This document shows positions 1 through 11,553 of a stretch of DNA of 64,000 nt, in pieces. Positions within the stretch are counted from its first letter, which is position 1; the number at the start of each line of letters is the position of its first letter. Origin of the DNA: Podospora anserina (taxonomy: Eukaryota); assembly GCA_017654855.1 (NCBI GenBank), contig CM030333.1, forward strand, positions 4,650,001 through 4,714,000, written 5' to 3'. The notes below the pieces were generated by a model. It did not search any database. It saw nothing but the letters and a program-made list of their open reading frames with translations, and was not told where the DNA came from. The translations under genes and the position numbers were made by a program.

Positions 1-334
1 GCTGCTCATCACTTTGGCCGTTGAGGAACTCGCTGGCGGATTTGGTCAGGATGATACGGATCGAAAGCTTAGCTGCATATGGCGCGAGGGCTTCGACGAT
101 GACGGGGACTGGCAAAAAAGCATTAGGGTCACATATACAAGGCTGGTAGAGGTGAGAGAGGCGCACGTTTGATTGTGGCTACAGAACCCGACGCTCTATC
201 ATACACATTAGTCTCTAGCCTCACATCCAAAGAGTGCCAGGAAAATGGGCAGGCGCATACGCAAGAAGCAGATGCTTCTTCCCATCATGAAGAGCTCGCG
301 CTAGTGAGGCGACGGAATTTGATTCAGAAGTCAT
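1..334 (-). CDS. Phosphopantothenoylcysteine decarboxylase (HFCD flavoprotein, Cab3/Hal3 family), 5' part only; runs off the window start
   Basis: Manual splicing of exons 334-261, 195-167 and 108-1 (GT..AG introns) gives MTSESNSVASLARALHDGKKHLLLAASGSVATIKLPVIVEALAPYAAKLSIRIILTKSASEFLNGQSDEQ. HLLLAASGSVATIK is the HFCD flavoprotein N-terminal motif. Not in the ORF track. Confidence 0.88.
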
Positions 335-1171
335 GAAGTGGTTGTCGTGGGCGTTGCCGACTGCCTGCAGCATGGTGTTATTTTGCAAGAGCAAGTGTGC
401 GAAATACTCCGTGATTGGGGATGGTCGTCAGACCGGATGCCGAACGGGACGTTTGCAACAGCCGAGCTACTTCCTGCTGGTCAGTTTTTTTCGGCAAAAG
501 ATGTCGATTCTTCTTTGATGATACGGCCGATACTTCCCCACATTCAGTTAGTCAAATATATACGTTGAATCGTGATAGTCGCAAGCAGGAAGGTGCGATA
601 GAGCAGTTCAGGTAATGAAGCATGAAGATGCGATGACAAACCCGATTACGGAGGGGTGATCTCATGGTATATCGGTAGGTATTTAGTTCTAGACCTGTCC
701 ACGTTTATACATTACTCACGTCGTATATCAAAGCAAATCTAACCTATTTGCAGCGGGATCGTGCTCTTCTTGCCAAATCTTTGTTTGCTAACATCCGTTA
801 GAGCTCATGCGGTAGCTTACGATGAAGTGACGTTGGGACGACTACACGCCACCAAAGCCTCAGTCAGGGTGAGGGGTCCATCCCGATGAGAACTGGCTAC
901 GTCATAACCCTAACCCGGCGACTGCTGCCTCTCAAGCTTGAGAGCGTGCGTAACAGTGCAACAATGCCAGCCCATTCTGGAGTGTCCCTATGTAATGAGG
1001 CTCAGACAAACAAAGAGCTTCAAATAATACCCCATACACTTGAAATCAAGATCTCTTAGCTCTCAGTGTCTCAGAAGCTTGGTTAAGGCCTGAGCTTGTC
1101 ACCGCTTGGATCGTCCTGCAGGCTGTCCCACTAATAGCAGCACCCCGGATTGCGATTAAGCGTGCAATTAA

Positions 1172-1210
1172 CCAATCAGACGCGTCTGGTGGGCTGACCT
1201 TCGCGCGTCA
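1172..1210 (+). promoter_or_regulatory. CCAAT box plus MCB-like (ACGCGT) elements upstream of the NASP gene
   Basis: CCAAT is immediately followed by the perfect palindrome CAGACGCGTCTG (1177-1188), with a second TCGCGCGTC at about 1202-1210, roughly 230 bp before the ATG. Confidence 0.45.
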
Positions 1211-1414
1211 CAAGCTTCGCATCACATCGCAGGTGCTGCGCAGCTCTCACAGCTCTCACAGCTCTGTCCCTTGACACCGACATATCCAACCTGTCATTTA
1301 ATCGCAACCAACCCCGCTAGTTCTTTCACACTTCCACCCATCAATTGAACCAATTCTACCACTTCATCTCAAATTTACCACTTGAAAATCGTTAAATCAC
1401 CCGAATCACCAATA

Positions 1415-2893
1415 ATGGCGACTCCCACAGCCGCCTCAACAGGCACTGCGACTCCCCTCGAGCTCGACCCTGAGCAAGCCCAGCAGAGCCTCAAAATCTC
1501 CCTCGCCGACCTCGCCGCCAAAGCCGCCGCCCTCTTCGCCCAGAAGAAATACGAAGATGCCGCCGAGCAGTACGCCCGCGCAGCCGAGATGCAAGCCGAG
1601 ATGAACGGCGAGATGAGCCCCGAGAACGCAGAGATCCTCTACCTCTACGGGCGCACCCTCTTCAAAGTCGGCCAGAGCAAGTCGGACGTTTTGGGCGGCA
1701 GCGCGCCACAGGCTAAGAACCAGGCCAAGCCCAAAGCTCCCAAGAAGAAGACCGCTGCTGCCAATGGCGCTAAGAACGGCGAGGGCAGCTCCTCTTCTGC
1801 CGCCGCGAAAGCTGGGGAAAAGGTAGAGAAGGTGGTTGCTGAGGCTGCTGGGAAGGAGGCGGAGAAGGAGTCGGGTGCTGAGATCAAGAAGCCCATGTTT
1901 CACTTTGAGGGAGACGAGAATTTTGTTGATTCTGATGAGGAAGAGGAGGAGGGAGAGGAAGGAGAGGGTGAGGAGGAAGAGGAGGATGACGATCTTGCGA
2001 CTGCGTTTGAGATTCTTGACCTGGCGCGTGTGCTTTTCCTCAAGAAGCTCGAGGCGTCACAGGCCGAGAGCGAAGGAAAGGGCAAGGAAGCTGCCGAGGA
2101 AGGCAGCGATAACCCCAATATTCGTCACTTGAAGGAGCGTCTGGGTGATACCCACGATCTCCTCGCCGAGATCTCGCTCGAAAATGAAAAGTATGCACCC
2201 TCATCACCATCCCTCACCCAAGTTATCACCCGCTAATCTTAGTTGATCAGATACCACACCGCCATAAACGACGCCAAAGCCGCCCTCAAATACAAACAAG
2301 AGCTCTACCCCTTCGAATCCGAAATCATCGCCGAAGCCCACTTCAAAGTCTCCCTCGCCCTCGAGTTCGCTTCGGTGACCAAGCAATCAGACGACGACAC
2401 AGCCGAAAGTAAAGACGCCTCCTCGGGAGAGGTCGACCAATCCCTCCGCGACGAGGCGGCCGCCTCTCTGGAGCAGGCCATCAACTCGACCAAACAGAAG
2501 CTCCAAAACAAGGAAGTCGAGCTCGCCACCCTCCACAACCCCGAGGAGAACGACTCGACTCGTGAAGAAATCTCCAACGTGAAGGAGATGATCAGCGACA
2601 TGGAGCAGCGCCTCAAAGACTTGCGAGCTCCGCCCATCGACATCAATTCTGCGCTTGGGCTGCCGTCTCGATCGGAACAGGAAAAGCAAAAGGCGGATAA
2701 TCTTGTGCTTGGGTCGGTGTCGGACGAGGTCAAGAAGAATGCGAATGATTTGACCGGACTGGTGAGAAAGAAGAGGAAGGCGGAGGAGAGTGTTGCTGTG
2801 GAGGAGGTAAAGGAACAGGAACAGCCTGAGGCGAAAAGGGCCAAGTCGGAGGATGTATTGGGGGCGGCTTCTGCGGCGCCGACTGCTAACTAG
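1415..2893 (+). CDS. NASP/Hif1/Sim3-type histone chaperone (SHNi-TPR protein)
   Basis: ATG at 1415, intron 2191-2250 (GTATGC..CTAAT..CAG). TPR helices (AEILYLYGRTLF, DLATAFEILDLAR, DTHDLLAEISLENEKY) are interrupted by an acidic tract; C-terminal NLS LVRKKRK. Confidence 0.92.
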
Positions 2894-3068
2894 GAAGAGC
2901 AAAGGAGGGTGTGGGAGGAGGAGAATAGGAGGTTGATGGAGAAGTACAAGGCTGTGTGGCCCTGTCGGGGGTGGTCTTGCGTCAATGGAATGTATGAACA
3001 GCAGTGATTTTCTTTTTGTTTTGTTTTATGGGCTTTTCTATATTTGGTACAGGCGCGCTTTTTACTCT

Positions 3069-3070
<2 letters not shown>

Positions 3071-3131
<61 letters not shown>
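3071..3131. repeat. (CT)n microsatellite, about 30 units
   Basis: Perfect CT dinucleotide run in the 3' flank of the NASP gene. Confidence 0.98.
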
Positions 3132-3135
<4 letters not shown>

Positions 3136-3586
3136 ATTCATCATCATCAAAAACTTGGATGGGTTATTCAAGGGGAGCTAAAGTTGGGAATGGGAAAGAG
3201 AAACAGATGTCAAGATGACATGGTCTAGTTGAGGTATATTAACCCTGGACAAACAAGGCTAGCTAGGTAGTCTTTGAATCAACACTCCAAAGAGGTTCAG
3301 AATCAAAAGCAATGTGTGCCACTCTTCAATCGAGCATTGATTAACTAGTCCTGTATATTTGAATCCCGCACCAACTTGACAACCGCACTTTGCTTGCTCC
3401 AGCAGTCCCGTTGCCCCTATCCTCATCTTATAATTTTGTTCAGTTTTATCTTCCCCATGCGTTACCCCCAAATTGTTCCAGCCATCTTTTCCTCCCAAAT
3501 TATTACAACTTGCTATGCTGAAAATGTGACCCCAACCCATAGCACCAGAAGAAAAGCTCGCTCGCCCTCATCCAGTCTTTCATCCC

Positions 3587-5680
3587 TCACAGAGTAAAGT
3601 TCATACTCGCACTCCTACTCCCCTCCCCACCCTGCCCTTTCAAATGGGCACTCGACCCCTTGAATAGACTCTGCCAGATATAGGCTTCACTCAGCAGCAG
3701 CTCAATGTCCTTTTCCGTCCAGTCACCCGTCGGCAACGACTGCAAAAACATCATGATTTCTTGAAAGTCCATCTTTACCAGCTTGTCTGACCACTTTACC
3801 AAAAAGGCGGCACAGACGTATAGGTGGAATTCCGAGAAGCCTTGTTCTTCCGCCTGTTGATTTGTTAGCTTGTTTCTCCCCAGGAATGCAAAGGGGGCCA
3901 GAAGTGCCTACCATGTATGTATCCCACATCCGTATCGTGTTCTTGACACTTATTTCTCTCATCAACAGGCAGTTCATCCACCTGAAACTAAACTGGATGA
4001 ATTCCACCTGCTCCTTCTCCAAGTGCTTCGCCAGCCCGGCATCAATTCTCGCCGTCAGGTCCCGCAGTGCCGAAACCTGTCTCTGGATTCCTGGCTGCGC
4101 CACGATATAATGGTCCTGGATCCCGTCCAGCAATTTAGTCAGACACCAGAATGAATCCGCCTCCACCGCGTCAAGAACCGCCTTAGGGAGCTGCCCCGGA
4201 TCCATACCACTTTCGATATCTGGGTCTGTGATGTATGTTCCCAAGAAAACTTGCCAAAATGGTGTCACTAGGTCGTTGATACCCTGGACATAGCCGCTGG
4301 CCGGGTGACGGACAGCCCAAACGTACAGAATGCGCTCAAGAGACCGCTGCGTAGCTTCGTAGCTGTAGAGTTCGATATGCGGGTTTGTGCGGGGGACATC
4401 GATACTGATTTGATGCCAGATGGCCTCGTCTAGGCCTCGGTTCGTTCCTCGGGGTGGTGCACTGCTTCCTGGCGCTGGTTGCCCGCCTCCTCCGAAGGCT
4501 TGGCGCACGCCGTCAAGGTATTCTTTTCTTTTTCGTTCGAGTGTGGCTACCCTTCTTTCCGAGCTGGTAGGGAGGTAGCTGAGAAGCAGTTGCCAGGTCA
4601 TGGCGCGAACCTCTTCTGGGACGCCAGACCATGCCAGTGACCGGAGATCTGGTAGTGGGATAGTAGAGGCTTGGAGGAGCTTCTTGAACTTGTTTATTCT
4701 TGATATCCTTGAATTTATGGCGTCAACTTCTTTCGGGGTGGCATTGGCGGGTATCGAGGGGTGGTTGATTAGGTGCAAGGCGTTTGCCGGATCGCGCAAG
4801 ATCTCCTTATACTGTGGTCGTAGAATCTTTCCTTCACTCTTCTTCGGCATCGGGTAACTTGCTGCTGGCCTCTCGATCGCTATGTCTTCGCTGTTCGAGT
4901 AGCGTCTTTCTCGACCGCCGCCATTGAGTCCGTCGTCCAGATGCGCCCTGCTTTGTTCCGCCTTTTTTCTTGTCCTCCTCTTCATGTTGGATAGACTGGG
5001 AAGCCCAAAATCGTCTCCGTCGTCCGACTCATAGTCATACATATCCTCTGCTTCGTCGGCGGTCCAGTCATCGTTGGTACTGGAAAGGAAGTTCATGTAT
5101 TGCTTGAAAGGTGGTGATTTGCTGATTCGTGTGGTCGGGGATTGTGTCGGGACTCGTTCAATGGCCGACGTCGCTGATGGCGGGGTTCTTGGGCGCGATC
5201 CGGACCCAGATATATTTCTACCCCCTGATCAGTCCTGCACATGGAAATGTCCTGGGGGAAAACCCACAAGGAATCAAACTTGAGAATGTCGGCATGTGAA
5301 TAGGCGGCGCCGACTACCAGACTCGAGTCGCGTGCTGGCTTCTTTAAAGGCGGGGTGTCCCGCTGAGGGGCCTTCCAGAACGGTGAAGCAGAGCTGTCGA
5401 TGTCACTGTCAGTATCCCTGAGAATACACAGCAGGTTCTTCTAGAAGGTGTATTGCATACTCGGACCTCTCTACAATCCATCCAAGGGTATAGTTAGTAT
5501 GCAGGTATTCTGGGAATCAAAGCGGGCGCGAACTGCACATACCAACTTGCACCATCTCCTGCTGCAGAGCACAGTTCCGTCAGTCGCTGCCAGAGGTACA
5601 TAGGATGGGCTGAGAACAGGCCGACGGAAGCTTACCTGGGGAGTGGCCTTCTTGCCGCCGGCGGAAGAAGAAAACATCAT
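3587..5680 (-). CDS. GYP1: TBC-domain Rab GTPase-activating protein, Gyp1 (TBC1D22) family
   Basis: TBC motifs LAWSGVP, IDVPRT, YVQGINDL and EADSFW; last intron at about 3912-3856 joins ..WDTYM to AEEQGFSEFHLYVC..LLLSEAYIW. Short 5' exons inferred from ATG 5680 (MMFSSSAGGKKATPQ/GTAAGC); the 5' structure is less certain. Confidence 0.9.
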
Positions 5681-6286
5681 GAAGTACTGAAGAGGTCGTC
5701 TTGCAATGGCATGACCTTGGATCAGGAGACTGGTTGATTTATTGGTCTTGGTAGAGAGGCGCCAGTTCAATGTCTGGGCTTCAAGAGAGGCCAGCTGTTG
5801 CCAGCTTGGAGCCAGTTGATGGCCCTTTGATCGCTGGCTGGGCTAACACAGGAAGGTGCATGGCTGACTGACCTGAGGTAGACTGCCTGGCCAGTGCGTC
5901 ATTCCCCATTCCCCGCCCAAGCGCCCGCAGCTGCTCAGATTCCAGGGGCCCAGCCACTGGGTGAATGCCTGGCCAGGCTGGGAGACCCACTTTGACACAA
6001 CAGGAACTGCGCCTTGACTTTTTGGCAAGCTTCGCAGTCGAACTCTGACTTCCAGTCAACAACTTTATCCGTCCTTCACCAACCAGGAACGCATTTTTGA
6101 TTGCCGGTATCGATTTCTTCATTTCGGAGCAGTTGGTCGTTGGCCCTCTTTTCACTTCTCTTACCGACTCTTCGCTTCGTTTGTTTTATATTCGGCGCCC
6201 GTACTTAATTCCACTACTCGGCGCGATACCGCGTTTGACATCTTGACCACCACCACGACCAAAGGCGCGTGGAGAACACCGACATC

Positions 6287-9200
6287 ATGACAGAACCCGA
6301 GAACTTCGACGATGAGCTGTTTGCCGATCTGTAAGTCGCATCTTTTTATACTTCCTGATGGTCATGATGAGCAGGCGCTAACCAGCGACAGCTATAACGA
6401 CGATGATGCGGCACCAGCGCCCAAGCCGGCTGCCGCAGCCCAGCCTGTTCAGTACGCAGCCGTGCAACCGACCATCGAGACCCGGCAGAATGACAGCTAC
6501 GACCCCAATCAGTACAACGACTACGGTGGTGGAGGTGAAAATGGCAACATCAACCAGGACGATGAAGAAGAAGAGGACGATGACGATGACATCGATTTCA
6601 ACCTCGGAAACGGCCCTTCGACCACGCTGGCCCCCCATGACCAGCAAGACTACAATGACAGCCATAACAACAACAACAACAACAACAGCAGCAGCAGCAG
6701 CAACAACAACAACTCTCACCATGAGGAGAGGCAGTCCTACAGTGCGCCCTCGGCGCCTCCTGCTCATACCAAAGGCCCCAATGCCAAAGAAGACGGGTAA
6801 GTCAAAATCTCTGTTTGTTGACATTTGACAAGTGTGCATTATGAATCATGTGAACCGCGCCACTTCGATCGGACCACTATGCCGGTAGAGCAAGGTGGGA
6901 AGGGCTGGGAAAGGGAGGAAGCTGGGCAAGGGCTACGGGATCAAAGGCTGCGGCCTGGCATGGTTGAGGATATGGGAAACTGGGCCAGCAAGAGGCAGGT
7001 CTCGTGGTGGACAAAATCATGCAAAGATGATATTGCAGAGAGCGGTGCGACATGTGTGTTGCCAGGCAATGTGTAATGCCGTCAAGAGGAGGGCTGTGCT
7101 GTGAGGGTTGGCCTCCCAAAGACATACCGAAAACATGCGCCAAAATACGATAATGGATGAGGAGTCATGCTCCTGCCCTCTGTATCCCAGTCGCAGATAA
7201 TCTTAGCTCTGAAGGCTAGAGAAAGATATCGCAGCGAATAGCGCAGCAACCAGGACAGACGTACCTAGCTTGACGATAGGCAAGAAGAGCTCGAGACAGG
7301 AAACAAGAAAGATTTCGACAAGACCTTTTGCTGGCACTCCTGCGCTGCACCTTCCTTCTCAGTTGTGGGAACCTGCTGTGCATCGCATCAGTTCTGAACA
7401 ACGGCTTGAATTCTTCTGCTGCGACCGCCGCCACAATGGAGCATCACAACACGACTCGACCTCCGCCCTCTTCTCCCGAAGACTACATTCCTTTATCACC
7501 AAGCGATGCTTCTGGGGATGACGGTGTACTCGGCCGAGACTACATTCCTCTTTCCTCCAGCGACTCCTCCCCGCCCATCTTTTCAACCTCATCGCCACTT
7601 TCATGCTCGGCCATCTCGCTAGGCACAGCAGAGGAACTAGGAGATCACAGCACCAGTAGCGAGGATGGCGACTCGTGTGATGAACCCTCCCCGAGGATCA
7701 TATACGCGAAGAAAGACAATAGGTGTGAACTTTAGGCAGCGGCGACCAAAAACACACACGGGAAGCAGCATTGGTTCAATGTTTGCTTTTCCAACCCACC
7801 CTCCCATCTTACTCTTTTTTATTTCTCCCGAGCCTGTCTCTCTCTCTCCCCCCCCCCTCTTTTTCCATCCGAACCGGTGTAGTCAGCCGGGTTTGTTTGC
7901 CAGCCAACCCAGCGGACAAGCATTTTGATACACAAAAACACAATCCAAGCTTTCCGGAGGTCGGAGGAGAGCAGGAGGAGGGGAGAAGGGGGGAATTGAA
8001 GGAATGATCTGGCTCTTCTTTTTTTTACTTGGCCGATAAGATGCTAATAAAAACAATGTTTCATGATTGTTATTTCATGAGATAAAAGAGAAAATGAAGC
8101 TAACTCTACGGCACGATGTGCCGCTGTATTTTAGAAAAATGTTCATCGGCGGTCTCAACTGGGAAACCACCGACCAGTCCCTCCGCGACTACTTTTCCAC
8201 CTTTGGGGAGGTGGTCGAGTGCACCGTCATGAGAGATGGCGCGACGGGCCGGTCGCGCGGGTTTGGGTTTCTGACCTTCAAGGATCCCAAGACGGTGAAT
8301 ATCGTCATGGTGAAGGAGCATTATCTTGATGGGAAGATTGTACGTCTTTGTTCCCCCATCTTCCTTCCCTGTTGGTCATTTGTGAGAGATATACTGACTG
8401 GAGATGGGGAAAAAAGATCGATCCCAAGCGCGCCATCCCCCGTGATGAGCAGGAAAAGACAAGCAAGATTTTCGTTGGAGGCGTTAGTCAGGAAACCACG
8501 GATCATGAGTTCAGGGAGTATTTTGCCCAGTTTGGCCGGGTGGTGGACGCCACGTTGATGATGGACAAGGACACCGGTCGTCCGCGCGGGTTCGGCTTCG
8601 TCACGTTCGAGTCTGAGGCCGGGGTGGAGGCTTGTCTCTCTGCCAACCTTGAGATCCACGGCAAACCCATCGAGGTCAAGAAGGCTCAACCGAGGGGCAA
8701 CCTCAGGGAGGAAGAGGAGAATAACCGCCGTGGTGGGGGTGCGGGAGGCAAGTTTGGGAAGCGTGGTGGACAGGGTGGGAATGGAATGGACGATGGGGGT
8801 CAAATGGGCGGGATGGGCGGGATGGGTGGTGGTCAGGGGGCCGGGGGGATGACGCCGCAGGTGATGGCGCAGTATTTCCAGCGGATGCAGCAGGCGATGA
8901 GCATGATGCAGCAGCAGATGATGATGAACCGGAACATGAACCCGGCCATGATGCAGATGATGCAGATGCAGCAGATGCAACAGATGCAGGCCATGATGCA
9001 GCAGGCTCAGGGTGGGAGAGGGGGCGGAGGACAGAACCCCATGGCGGCGATGGGGCAGATGAACCCGGCCATGATGCAGCAGATGCAGGCCATGATGGCT
9101 CAGCAGGCGGCGCAGGGAGGTGGTCCTGGCGGTCCTGGGGGGCCGATGCCTCCTGCTGGTGGCCCTGGAAGTGTCGGTGGTCCTGGTAGTCCCATGGGCA

Positions 9201-9712
9201 TGCACGATCAGGTTGGCAGTCCCATTGGTAGCTCTGGTCAGGGAGGCGGCGCCAAGGCTGGTTTCAACGCCTACGAGCAGCAGCAGTTTGAGCAGCAAAA
9301 GTACGAGCAGCAGCAGCAGCAGGGCCGGAGGGGTGGTAGCAGAGGCGCTCCCGACATGCAGGCTGCCTACAACCAGGGAGGGTATGGCGGCAACGGCGGC
9401 GGCGGTAGCATGAGCTCGCAGGGCGGACAGGGCGCTCCGACCAGCTGGGAGGGCATGTATGATGATGTCCCTCAGCCGATCATGTCTACCGGCGGTGGTG
9501 GCGGCTACGGTGGTGGAGGCCGGAATTTCAAGAACCGCGGACACAACAACCAGCACCAAATGTCCATGTCGCCTGGCCCGTCTGACCCTATGAACGCCCC
9601 TCCTGCTAATGCCCCGACGGGACCCAAGAACGCTGGTAGACCTGGCGCCAACATGTACCGTGGTGGTGGAAGGGGAGGTGCCCGTGGGTACCATCCTTAT
9701 GCCAGAGGCTAG
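6287..9712 (+). CDS. HRP1: Hrp1/Nab4-type two-RRM hnRNP (Musashi/hnRNP A-like) with G/M/Q-rich low-complexity domain
   Basis: Exons 6287-6330, 6392-6796, 8135-8339 and 8417-9712. RRM1 [20 protein letters not shown]2 [18 protein letters not shown] boxes, and C-terminal [14 protein letters not shown]. Confidence 0.92.
7363..7722 (+). other. Putative alternative (cassette or first) exon inside HRP1 intron 2
   Basis: Acceptor CCTTCCTTCTCAG at 7362 and donor AG/GTGTGA at 7723 are both phase 2, like the flanking exons. 360 nt, stop-free, with an internal Kozak GCCGCCACAATGG at 7436. Confidence 0.5.
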
Positions 9713-9992
9713 GGATCTTCTGGCAGGGATAAACGGGAATACCATCATGAGGAATATTACTGTTGAGTTTGGGGGGCGGGTGGTAGTTATGGACATGACG
9801 AGTGATGTAGGAGATGGGGAACTGGGGCAACAGAGGTAATTAACTGGGGAAGGGTTAAGGACAAAAGCCAAAAAAAGCCAAAACATAGGGAGTGGTTAGG
9901 TAGAGGTGTGGTGCCAGTGGGCTTCTTTGTATTATAGCTAGCACCTTTGCGCAATGATATTTGCTTTGATACCAGCGGTATTTGACCTTAGA

Positions 9993-10940
9993 TCACTGAT
10001 ACAACCTCGTGAATCCCCCCTCCGGCGGCTGCAGCCAATTCCTCTCATCATACTTGTACCCCTCCCCCTGCTCAATAACATGAAAAGTATAAATAATCCT
10101 CCCCTTTTTGCTCAAATTCCTCTCACTCTTGTGAAGCAAATTCCCATGAATCAGCACCAAATCACCCGCCTTCACCTCCCCCATGACGTACTCTTCTTCC
10201 TCTACCTTTTTATCCTCCCCATACTTCATCTCCCTCGTATCCCTCGGAAACTGTCTTCCCTCATTCTCCACCATCTCCGCCCCCGTCCTCCCCCCTCTGA
10301 CCAACCTCTGCCTGATCCGACTCCAAAGATGGCTCCCAGGCAAAAAACTCAAACACCCATTCTCCCTCGTCGCATCCTCAAGCGCATACCAAAACCCAAC
10401 CGCAGACGGAGGGTCGGTGTACAGAAACGTGCTATCCTGATGAGGCGGCACCGCTCCCCCTATCTCGGGCTGCTTGCAGATAACCATGCTCTGCAGACAC
10501 CTTGGGTCCTCGAACCCGAGATCCTTTGCTACATCTTTTGGCAACGCCCTCTGCCCTGGCACCCCCTTCAACAGTTCTGCAAACGGGGGGGAGAGGCCGT
10601 GGAGAAAGTGACCGATCTTGTTGACGGCTAAATGTTTGGGTTTTGTGAGTTGGCCGTCGGGGCCAAAGGCGTCTTGCTCGAAGAAGAAGCGGATTTTGTC
10701 GCCCGAGGAGAGGAAGTAGTCGTCGCCTACGTGGTCGGTGCCGTCTTGCCCGCCGGTGGAGAATTTTGTCAGGGGGTGAGTGGTGATGTCGAGGGAGGAG
10801 AGGAGGGAGTGGGTTTCGTTGAGGAGGTTGGTGACGGTGGTGGGGGGGAGGGCCGAGGGGATGATGAGGTAGCCGTTGGTGTGGAAGAAGGAGAGTTGTT
10901 CCGGGGTGAGGCCGGGTTTGGGTTCCGAGGAGGTGGACAT
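9993..10940 (-). CDS. Phytanoyl-CoA dioxygenase (PhyH/PHYHD1-like) Fe(II)/2OG oxygenase
   Basis: 315-aa intronless ORF: LTPEQLSFFHTNGYLII, QSMVICKQPEIGGAVPPHQD (HxD), ENGCL, HGNLLHKSERN. Confidence 0.93.
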   Translation of the reverse strand: MSTSSEPKPGLTPEQLSFFHTNGYLIIPSALPPTTVTNLLNETHSLLSSLDITTHPLTKFSTGGQDGTDHVGDDYFLSSGDKIRFFFEQDAFGPDGQLTKPKHLAVNKIGHFLHGLSPPFAELLKGVPGQRALPKDVAKDLGFEDPRCLQSMVICKQPEIGGAVPPHQDSTFLYTDPPSAVGFWYALEDATRENGCLSFLPGSHLWSRIRQRLVRGGRTGAEMVENEGRQFPRDTREMKYGEDKKVEEEEYVMGEVKAGDLVLIHGNLLHKSERNLSKKGRIIYTFHVIEQGEGYKYDERNWLQPPEGGFTRLYQ

Positions 10941-11553
10941 TGTATATTGAAGGGTATATCCAAAGTCCGAGGTGATGAGGTGAGATGAGTGCGATGGTGG
11001 TACGTGAGATGTGAAGGTGAGGGTGAGATGGGCAAGCTGTGAGTGACGGGAGCTACCCCGCTAGAGATACACCGATAACCGTTGATATCCGTGCCCCTCC
11101 TGATAACAAGGAGACATCACCACCACGGCAACACACAGGATCAAGTCAAGATGAAATCTTGAGGTAACAATGAGAAATGTATTCATATTCGCCAGGAAAA
11201 ATCAAGCTTGCTTCAGGCCAGAAACTTCCATTCCTGACCCCCATCCCTAGCCCTTGTGATATCAACTCAAAAACCTTCAATGTACCTCGCCATAAAGAGA
11301 GAGCAATATACACACAGCAATGTCCCAAATTTGCGATTCCCAAGCCAAGCGAAAAAGTCAAAGCCCAAGTCCGTAGATATCAACCGGTTCAAGTAAATCA
11401 TCGCGCAAAAGAGTCAGGTATCCGAATAGAAGCATCGCACCGCAAATGACACCGCAACATCACAAGCCAAAAATCCAGTAACATCAGTCAGAAACCATCA
11501 ACCCCGTGCCGCCATGTCCAACAACGCCATCCACCTTTTCCTTCTGCATCCGC

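Noticed and set aside
6797-8134. Intronic snoRNA or TPP riboswitch in the long HRP1 intron
   Set aside because: No convincing RTGATGA..CTGA pair with terminal stem and no TPP aptamer core seen by eye; an Rfam scan is needed to exclude it fully.
8321-9886. 521-aa minus-strand ORF
   Set aside because: Antisense shadow of the low-complexity HRP1 exon; its H/L runs mirror the M/Q codons.
9960-9995. Readthrough-derived peroxisomal signal after the PhyH stop
   Set aside because: Stop context is TGA TCT rather than TGA CTA, and no PTS1 was seen in the first codons of the extension.
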